Shown one piece after another: positions 57,722-64,000 of a stretch of DNA of 64,000 bases. The position numbers were made by a program, and so were the translations under genes. Origin of the DNA: Thermoproteota archaeon (GTDB taxonomy: Archaea; Korarchaeota; JAOZGF01; JAOZFZ01); the NCBI GenBank assembly GCA_027492035.1, contig JAOZFT010000004.1, forward strand, positions 113,929 to 177,928. The letters are read 5' to 3'. Positions within the stretch are counted from its first letter, which is position 1. Each line of letters begins with the position of its first letter. The notes under the pieces are model-generated. The model worked only from the letters and a program-made list of their open reading frames with translations. It was not told where the DNA came from and ran no database searches.

Positions 57722-59173
57722 TTAAACCCAAACTTTTTCGGTTAAAACTCCCGAAAGGAAAAGGCTGAGGCCTTTCTTATATACCCCCTCGATCTGCTCA
57801 CTCCCCAAAATTTTGAAAGAAGAGACTAAGTTTTTCTCAACCATGGATTTTCTGTTTAACTTCTTCTTTATAATTTGGGACAATATCTCTTTAACTGAAG
57901 TTTCCTCTCTTTTTAAGTCAACTACTAAACGCTGTCCCTCCAAATAGGGACCTTTCAGAACCAATTTGTTGTTTTCATACTTTTTTAGGAAACTTATAAC
58001 ATTTTCTTTGCTCTTTTGAAGAACCGGTGGACCATAATGTTTTTTGATAGGTAACAACCTCTTTGTAACTGTTTCAAAGATTATGCAACATTTGGTTTGC
58101 TCATTAGTCCAGTAATACTTCCCAATTATTTCTACCCCTTCTTGGCTCATAAGCATAGCTAATTTCTTTGTCGTTTTTTTAAGCTGAGGCCAGATAATAT
58201 CTGGAGACTCTTCTTTTTCTAAACTGAAATCTATAAATAGCCAATAAGAACCTCGTCTCAATACTTTCCTGTTAATTTCATTTAAAGATAAAATTTGAGT
58301 TTTACCAGGGAAAAAGAAGGATAAACTAGGTTTTTTTAAGAAATTAATTGCAGAAATTATGAATTTACTCAAATTTTTATCTGAAACAGCTGCAGCTACA
58401 TTTCTTTCCTTATCAACAGGGTCTATAACGATCAAAGAGCCAGGAAAACTAGCAATTAATTTTTCAGTTAAAGGAAATCTTTCAATGTTTATTATTTCTC
58501 GTTGAGACCACTTTATAGATTCTTGAAGAAGTTTTAAGAAATTGCCATAGTGTAAAATGAGAAGCTCACAAAGATAACCAGAGAAACCTTCAGTTTTTGC
58601 GTCAGCCCCATAAACCGCTATCCCCTTCATAAACTGTTTCAGAATCCTTACTTCAGCAGCTTTTTCCTCTGTAATTTTCCCTTTCAAGTACCTATTGTGG
58701 AAAATTGTTCTATCAACAGAAGATTTTTTCTCTTCTAAACTTTTTATTTGAAAACAAGGCACTAGATCAATTTCGTAAGAGTTAATAATTAACCGGGCAT
58801 AAGGGTGCTCCGCATACTTTATAATTAAGTTTTGTGTTATTTCTTTAGCTATTTTCACTGTTTCATTCTCTAATTCTTCTTTACTGAATGATAAGGGGAA
58901 AGACAAGAAAATATCTATGTCTTTGTCACCTTTTAGCCAAGTATTTCTTGCAGTTGAACCCACTAACTCTGGTTTTGCAGGAATATTTCTTTCTTTACAA
59001 ATTTCTTTTATTTTGCAGAGTAACTTGCTCGTGAACATCTTAACATATTCTATTTCTTTTTTAGAAGGCTCTACCCTATTCAAAACATTTTTAAGGATGT
59101 CTTCAATGAGTTTTCTTTTATTACTGGAAAATGCCTCTTCAACTAGCCAATTTGACTGAAAATAAGGTTTCAT
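57722..59173 (-). CDS. cca: CCA-adding enzyme (archaeal class I tRNA nucleotidyltransferase)
   Basis: GSTARNTWLKGDKDIDIF nucleotidyltransferase motif; 483 aa. Confidence 0.85.
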   Translation of the reverse strand: MKPYFQSNWLVEEAFSSNKRKLIEDILKNVLNRVEPSKKEIEYVKMFTSKLLCKIKEICKERNIPAKPELVGSTARNTWLKGDKDIDIFLSFPLSFSKEELENETVKIAKEITQNLIIKYAEHPYARLIINSYEIDLVPCFQIKSLEEKKSSVDRTIFHNRYLKGKITEEKAAEVRILKQFMKGIAVYGADAKTEGFSGYLCELLILHYGNFLKLLQESIKWSQREIINIERFPLTEKLIASFPGSLIVIDPVDKERNVAAAVSDKNLSKFIISAINFLKKPSLSFFFPGKTQILSLNEINRKVLRRGSYWLFIDFSLEKEESPDIIWPQLKKTTKKLAMLMSQEGVEIIGKYYWTNEQTKCCIIFETVTKRLLPIKKHYGPPVLQKSKENVISFLKKYENNKLVLKGPYLEGQRLVVDLKREETSVKEILSQIIKKKLNRKSMVEKNLVSSFKILGSEQIEGVYKKGLSLFLSGVLTEKVWV

Positions 59174-59702
59174 AAACAGGACCCTTTGGCGTAAGTACAG
59201 ATTTCTTTAACTTAATTTCATTAACCTCTAACGGACCGAAATCCATGTTTTTGAGGGTTAAAAGCGCACTAACTAAGCTTTTCTCCTTAACGAAACGTTT
59301 AACTCTACCCAATGTTATATGGGAAGTAAACTCTTTTCCCAAGTCATAATTTATGTCTTTCCCAAACGAAGAAAGTAAGGCGTTGTAGACCTCCCTTATT
59401 TTTTCGTTATTTTCAGAAACTCCCACCCAGATTACTCTGGGTTTTTTCATGTTTGGAAATGCCCCTACACCACTTAACTTTACAATGAATGACTTTATAT
59501 CTGAGAGAGGCTTCATCCGTTCCTTTATTAACTTTATTTCTTCATTGTTTTTTTCTCCTAAAAAAATTAGGGTGATATGCAAATTCTGAGGCTCTACCAA
59601 TTTTATAGGAATGTTTAAAGAAGCTAATTTATTTTGAACAGTCATTATTTTATTTCTCACTTCTTTATCAGTAACATCAATTGAAATAAAACAACGAACC
59701 AA
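59139..59702 (-). CDS. thpR: RNA 2',3'-cyclic phosphodiesterase (2H family, LigT/ThpR)
   Basis: Two HxT motifs (HITLIFLG and HITLGRV); 187 aa; overlaps the cca start. Confidence 0.8.
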   Translation of the reverse strand: MVRCFISIDVTDKEVRNKIMTVQNKLASLNIPIKLVEPQNLHITLIFLGEKNNEEIKLIKERMKPLSDIKSFIVKLSGVGAFPNMKKPRVIWVGVSENNEKIREVYNALLSSFGKDINYDLGKEFTSHITLGRVKRFVKEKSLVSALLTLKNMDFGPLEVNEIKLKKSVLTPKGPVYETLFSVKLAS

Positions 59703-59824
59703 GCTTTCGCCACCTTCCTATAAAGTTTTATTAAATTTAAAAATAAAGAACAACGTGGAAAATTTAAGTTTGTAACAGATTAAAAAATTTCTTTAAAAGA
59801 GATTTATTGAAAAGATGAAAAGCC

Positions 59825-60226
59825 TTGCTTGTAAGGGCATACACGCGAGTTAATCCAACTGAAAGCCGAGAGAAAGTAGAGAAAGCTCTAAAAAATATAG
59901 TCTCGAAAGGAAAAATTCGTTGTTTCAGAAAGGGAGATGTAGATGTACTGGAAATAGAGGGATATGGTGAAGAAAGTCTTGAAACAATTTTTTACAAGAT
60001 AAGACAGAAAAAAATAGTTGATTCCTTCCGAAAGTTACTTCGCCGTAATAGAGGTGGAAATGAAACAGTTATCATGCTTAACAAACAGTCAGCCTATGTT
60101 GGTGTGATAACAGTTTGTGAAACAGAAAAGGAATCCCCTTTAGGTCCTGTGTTTTTGCAAATAAAATCTCAAAATCAAAAAATAGAAGAAATAATTGACT
60201 GGTTGGCACCTGAAACTAAAGCTTAA
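59825..60226 (+). CDS. Protein of unknown function (possibly UPF0201-like)
   Basis: 133-aa ORF from a TTG start (MLVRAYTRVNPTE...); no confident family. Confidence 0.35.
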   Translation: MLVRAYTRVNPTESREKVEKALKNIVSKGKIRCFRKGDVDVLEIEGYGEESLETIFYKIRQKKIVDSFRKLLRRNRGGNETVIMLNKQSAYVGVITVCETEKESPLGPVFLQIKSQNQKIEEIIDWLAPETKA

Positions 60227-61166
60227 CTTTTTTATTGGGAAGGAAAATTTCCGGTTCCCCCTTTTCCGGGTAAGGTATGTGAACCTTCAAAAAATCTTCA
60301 GCGATTATCACCTTTTTAGGCAATGAATCTAAACCTTTCATATATTCTTCTTGGGTCGCATATCGGTTACTTATGTGGGTAGCAACAACTAACTTAGTAC
60401 TTGTTTCTTCCGCTAACTTTACCACGTCTTGGATTGTAGAATGCGATTTCTCTTCTGCATGCTGTAAATCCTTCGCTGAGAAAGGGGCGTTGTAGATTAC
60501 TAAATCTGAACCCTGTGCAATTGAAATTAATTCCTCAAAAAACACGGTATCTGGTATATAAACTATTTTTCTTCCTTTCCTAGGAGGACCTATTATGTCA
60601 GAGGGCTTAATTATCCGCCCTCCCCAAGTAATTGTTTCACCTTTGATTAAAAGAGGCCTTAAATTGTTTGGAATACTGAGTTTTTGAGCTTTTTCCCCAT
60701 TGAACTTCCCTCTTCTATTTTTCTCTAAAAGAGCAACCCCTAGACAGTCAATAGAGTGCTTCACTCCAAAAAAGTTCAAGAAGTATTCATCATAAGAGTA
60801 AATGCTTCCGTCGGAAATAGGAAGAAAGGTTACTTCAAAGTTTGGATTAAGCTTGAAAAAATTTGCATGAAAAAGCAGGAAACTTCTTAATTTCTTAGGT
60901 CCAAACAGTTCTAGCTGAGTTTTGCGTCTAAACATTTTCATTGATTGAAGTAATCCTGGTAAGCCGAGTATGTGGTCCCCGTGTACATGAGAAACAATTA
61001 TTTTCATTGGTTTACAGAAACCTAATTTAGATTTAGCTAGAAGGAATTGTGCCCCTTCAGCCGGATCAAGCATAATTAGTTCCTTTTTTCGCTTAATCAC
61101 TACGCAGAAGGGGTTCCTGTTCCCTAAAGAGGCTGAAGCGCCTGTTCCTAGAAAGTACACATCCAT
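60216..61166 (-). CDS. rnz: Ribonuclease Z (tRNA 3' endonuclease)
   Basis: Metallo-beta-lactamase motif VSHVHGDHILGLPGLL; about 316 aa. Confidence 0.8.
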   Translation of the reverse strand: MDVYFLGTGASASLGNRNPFCVVIKRKKELIMLDPAEGAQFLLAKSKLGFCKPMKIIVSHVHGDHILGLPGLLQSMKMFRRKTQLELFGPKKLRSFLLFHANFFKLNPNFEVTFLPISDGSIYSYDEYFLNFFGVKHSIDCLGVALLEKNRRGKFNGEKAQKLSIPNNLRPLLIKGETITWGGRIIKPSDIIGPPRKGRKIVYIPDTVFFEELISIAQGSDLVIYNAPFSAKDLQHAEEKSHSTIQDVVKLAEETSTKLVVATHISNRYATQEEYMKGLDSLPKKVIIAEDFLKVHIPYPEKGEPEIFLPNKKVKL

Positions 61167-61214
61167 TTTCTATCATTCTCTCAGGTAAGTTAATTCTAAA
61201 AGAAAATAGTATTA

Positions 61215-62255
61215 TTAGGGTTTAAAGTAAAGGTCCACTTTGCGTATAAGGTGACGATGTAGGTAAACATTAAAAGAAGCAACAAGTTTAAACCCTATCT
61301 CTTCAGCATATTTGTGAATATTTATTCTGTTAGGGTAGGAGATACACATATATTTTCCTTTTTTCAAGGACTTAAAGGCAGATGGGATAAATTTTTTCAA
61401 CAGCTCAATAAGGGATCTACCATAAGAACTTGTTGAAATGGAATAAGGAGGATCTGTTACTATAGCATCAACTTTTTCATTTAATGAACAGGCATCACCT
61501 ACCTTCACCTCAAAATCTGTTTTACCTGTGAAAAGTAGGTTTATTTTGGCTAATTCCACAATTTGAGGGTTTAGGTCAATCCCTATTGCCTTGCAATTTA
61601 TGTTTAGGGCTTCAACAAGTATTCCACCTGGTCCACAGAAAGGGTCCAAGACAACGTCGCCTTTTTTGACATGTGCTAGGTTTACCATAGCCCGGGCTAA
61701 TGCAGCGTTCATCATTCCGCTTCTAACAATAGGTAGAGAAACCCCTCTCCCGAAAAGTAGTTTAGTTCTATCCACTTCCTCCAACTTTTTACCAAAAATA
61801 AATTTGTTTTGGATAAGAAGACCTAAATAAGTGATTTCAGGTCTTTCCAGGTTAACTTTAAAGGTGCTTTTCTTAGATTTAATTATAGCCCCTATTTCTT
61901 TGGTTAATAGTTGAGTTGAAACGTGTTTCGAGCTTCCTCTCACCCTAATGATTTCAACTTTAAAACCTAATTCGCCCTTGTTCGAGTTAATTTCTAATTT
62001 TTTGGTTGCTTCAAGAATTTTCTTCTCCTCCGAAGTACAAGCGAAGTAGAGCTCACTGATTATTTTTGTGAATGCGGCCCGGTTTGAAATAGAGGCAACT
62101 GATTGTTCATTTGACTCAAAAACTAGGCACTGAGGCAGAGAAAGGAGTTCACGATATGGTTTATTTTCTCCTTTAAGTATTGATTCAACTTCTAAGGCTG
62201 CTAATTCAGGATTTTCACCTGAAAGAAAACAAAAGAAATTCTTCACTGACCTCAC
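61215..62255 (-). CDS. tRNA (guanine(10)-N2)-methyltransferase, Trm11/Trm-G10 type (THUMP + methyltransferase)
   Basis: SAM-binding VLDPFCGPGGILVEA and catalytic DPPY (IVTDPPYSIS); N-terminal THUMP-like region. Confidence 0.75.
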   Translation of the reverse strand: MRSVKNFFCFLSGENPELAALEVESILKGENKPYRELLSLPQCLVFESNEQSVASISNRAAFTKIISELYFACTSEEKKILEATKKLEINSNKGELGFKVEIIRVRGSSKHVSTQLLTKEIGAIIKSKKSTFKVNLERPEITYLGLLIQNKFIFGKKLEEVDRTKLLFGRGVSLPIVRSGMMNAALARAMVNLAHVKKGDVVLDPFCGPGGILVEALNINCKAIGIDLNPQIVELAKINLLFTGKTDFEVKVGDACSLNEKVDAIVTDPPYSISTSSYGRSLIELLKKFIPSAFKSLKKGKYMCISYPNRINIHKYAEEIGFKLVASFNVYLHRHLIRKVDLYFKP

Positions 62256-63193
62256 TCTTTTTTCATAAAGTTATTAATTTGCTGAACAAGTTGACAGGCC
62301 TTACAAATGTCATGTGACGAAGGTTCGCCACATATTTCGCAAGTTTTAAGCTCTATTTTTCCTATGAACCTTTTTTTCATGAGTGAAAGAGTATTTAACA
62401 TGTAATTGTAAAAGTTAATTTTTGCGCCAGGCATAAAATTTTCAACTGAATTTATAGTTTCTCTCATGAGATTCCTCATTCCTTCCCAAGAATAGGGGCA
62501 TTCACCAAAATACACGGGGATTTTCTTTAACAGGACATAAGCTGCTATTTCTTTTTCAGGAATGTTAGCGAGAGGTTTTATCCTTTTCACAAAGGATTTA
62601 CTTATCTTTCTTTCAGGGTAGGATTTCAATATTGACTTTACATCACCTCTCACCACGTTCATAAAAAGGGTTTGTATATTATCATCTAAGTTGTGCCCCG
62701 TTGCTATTTTAGTTGCATTCAATTCACGTGCAGTGTTATTTAAAATTCTTCGCCTAAACACACCACAGAAGGTACAGGGACTTCTAGGCTCTTTGAGAGT
62801 ATCCGGCCAAGAATTAACTACTTCATCCAAACTAAAACCGAAAAAATCTTTAAATGAAACTATGTGATAATTTACGCCGAGAAATTCGCAATTTCGAACA
62901 GCTAACTCTATGCTTTTCTCTCTGTACCCCCTTATTCCTTCATCCACAATCAACGCAAACAGTTCAAATTTTTCTTTTTGTCGCAGATTATTGAGAATAT
63001 AAAGAGTCAACGTGCTGTCTTTCCCACCCGATAAAGCAACAGCTACCCTGTCATTTTTACTTATTAACCTTTGCTGAACAAAGGTTTTTCTTATTTTCTC
63101 CTGGAAGTAATTAAAGAAACATTCTTTACAAAGAACTTGACCCAAGTACCTTATACTTATGACCCCTCTCCCCCCGCATTTACTACATTCCAA
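62252..63193 (-). CDS. ttuA: tRNA 2-thiolation protein, TtuA/NcsA family (PP-loop ATPase)
   Basis: N-terminal CSKCGG...CKEC, PP-loop SGGKDS, C-terminal CEICGEPS...CKAC. Confidence 0.8.
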   Translation of the reverse strand: MECSKCGGRGVISIRYLGQVLCKECFFNYFQEKIRKTFVQQRLISKNDRVAVALSGGKDSTLTLYILNNLRQKEKFELFALIVDEGIRGYREKSIELAVRNCEFLGVNYHIVSFKDFFGFSLDEVVNSWPDTLKEPRSPCTFCGVFRRRILNNTARELNATKIATGHNLDDNIQTLFMNVVRGDVKSILKSYPERKISKSFVKRIKPLANIPEKEIAAYVLLKKIPVYFGECPYSWEGMRNLMRETINSVENFMPGAKINFYNYMLNTLSLMKKRFIGKIELKTCEICGEPSSHDICKACQLVQQINNFMKKE

Positions 63194-63201
63194 AGTCTTT
63201 C

Positions 63202-63411
63202 TTAACCTCCACTGATAACTTGCAAAATTTCGACTTCATCCCCATCAGTGACATATTCTTCTTCAGGGGTTAATTCACCATGAACCAATACCAGAACAGT
63301 CTCTCGATCTATTCCTAAATCCTCAAGTATGTCCATAATTCTAATTTTACTCTTTTTAAATTGAACATTAACTTCTTTTTCTCCTGGAACAAGTTTAACT
63401 TTAACTTTCAT
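63202..63411 (-). CDS. Ubiquitin-like sulfur carrier (MoaD/ThiS fold, TtuB/SAMP-like)
   Basis: 69 aa ending in Gly-Gly (...ILQVISGG); immediately upstream of and co-oriented with the TtuA-like gene. Confidence 0.7.
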   Translation of the reverse strand: MKVKVKLVPGEKEVNVQFKKSKIRIMDILEDLGIDRETVLVLVHGELTPEEEYVTDGDEVEILQVISGG

Positions 63412-63520
63412 AGCGTTTTCATCTCTATCTACACAAGAAAGGAAAAATAAGAATTATAAAGTTTAAGGAGGAGGTATATCATAAAAGGTTATAGGGGCTA
63501 TAGGGGCTTGAGGTTATTCC

Positions 63521-63769
63521 GTGAAAGGTGAAATTAAGGAAATATTCAGTAAAGCGAAATGGGACCCATCCTTTAAAAACAGAGAAATTGAAATAGTAAT
63601 AATTGATCGTTTAGTTAAAAATGGAAGGCGAATAATTAAATTTAGTGAAAAAATAAAGGTCAAGGATTCACTAATAATAGAAGAAAATGGCAATTGGATA
63701 CCGTTCCATAGAATTTTAGAAATAAGGGACAAAAATACCGGTGAAGTGTTTTGGAGGAAAAAACTGTAA
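63521..63769 (+). CDS. Small conserved protein (UPF0248/DUF504-like), unknown function
   Basis: 82-aa ORF from GTG; family from memory, low confidence. Confidence 0.3.
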   Translation: MKGEIKEIFSKAKWDPSFKNREIEIVIIDRLVKNGRRIIKFSEKIKVKDSLIIEENGNWIPFHRILEIRDKNTGEVFWRKKL

Positions 63770-64000
63770 TTTCTTTTAAAAATATTCCGCCAGTGCTTTC
63801 AGCAGAGAAAATAATAGACAAGGCATTCCGTAAAGCGTCTAGATCAGCAAAAGCAATCAATGTAAGAGGCTCTCCTTTAAGAAAAGCAGAAATTAGAGAA
63901 AAAAATAGAGTTACTGTTGCATGGCAAGTAATGGACAATGAACTCACCAAAATTGTAAATAATTTTCCAAGGCTATCAGAGTTACCTAGATTTTATTTTG
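63751..64000 (+). CDS. NOG1-family GTP-binding protein, N-terminal part (continues past window end)
   Basis: From TTG at 63751: MEEKTVISFKNIPPVLSAEKIIDKAFRKASRSAKAINVRGSPLRKAEIREKNRVTVAWQVMDNELTKIVNNFPRLSELPRFYF matches the Nog1 N-terminal region. Confidence 0.55.
   Translation, partial: MEEKTVISFKNIPPVLSAEKIIDKAFRKASRSAKAINVRGSPLRKAEIREKNRVTVAWQVMDNELTKIVNNFPRLSELPRFYF

Noticed and set aside
1-64000. CRISPR arrays or rRNA genes
   Set aside because: No regularly spaced direct repeats and no rRNA-like conserved stretches seen; intergenic regions are short and otherwise accounted for.

Overview
Archaeal chromosomal window, AT-rich (roughly 35-38% GC by eye), densely packed with information-processing genes on both strands. 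Gene content (thermosome, archaeal histone, Nop5/fibrillarin, Gar1, SRP19, Elp3, aEF-2, aEF-1beta, RadA, FEN-1, Cdc48, Orc1/Cdc6, RFC large and small, GINS-like, MCM, Hel308) together with intron-rich tRNAs points to a TACK/Thermoproteota-like archaeon; lineage cannot be fixed without a database search. All protein calls are by remembered family motifs, not by search. No rRNA and no CRISPR array were seen. Four tRNA genes are present, all with introns, two with a second intron in the D-arm. Features that ordinary annotation would miss: a 142-aa mini-intein inside helicase motif VI of Hel308; a perfect 125-bp direct repeat inside cdc48 linking the two AAA domains; a ribosomal protein S30e gene whose conserved N-terminus is separated from the body by a 26-nt intervening sequence flanked by GGCAGC repeats (candidate mRNA intron); a decayed integrase plus ABC-ATPase pseudogene region next to tRNA-Lys; several conserved genes with no in-frame ATG/GTG/TTG at the homology-predicted start; and a replication-gene island with a perfect palindrome in the RFC/GINS-MCM divergent promoter. 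I did not find a compelling novel multi-gene system such as a defense island; the candidates of unknown function are listed as findings with modest scores.
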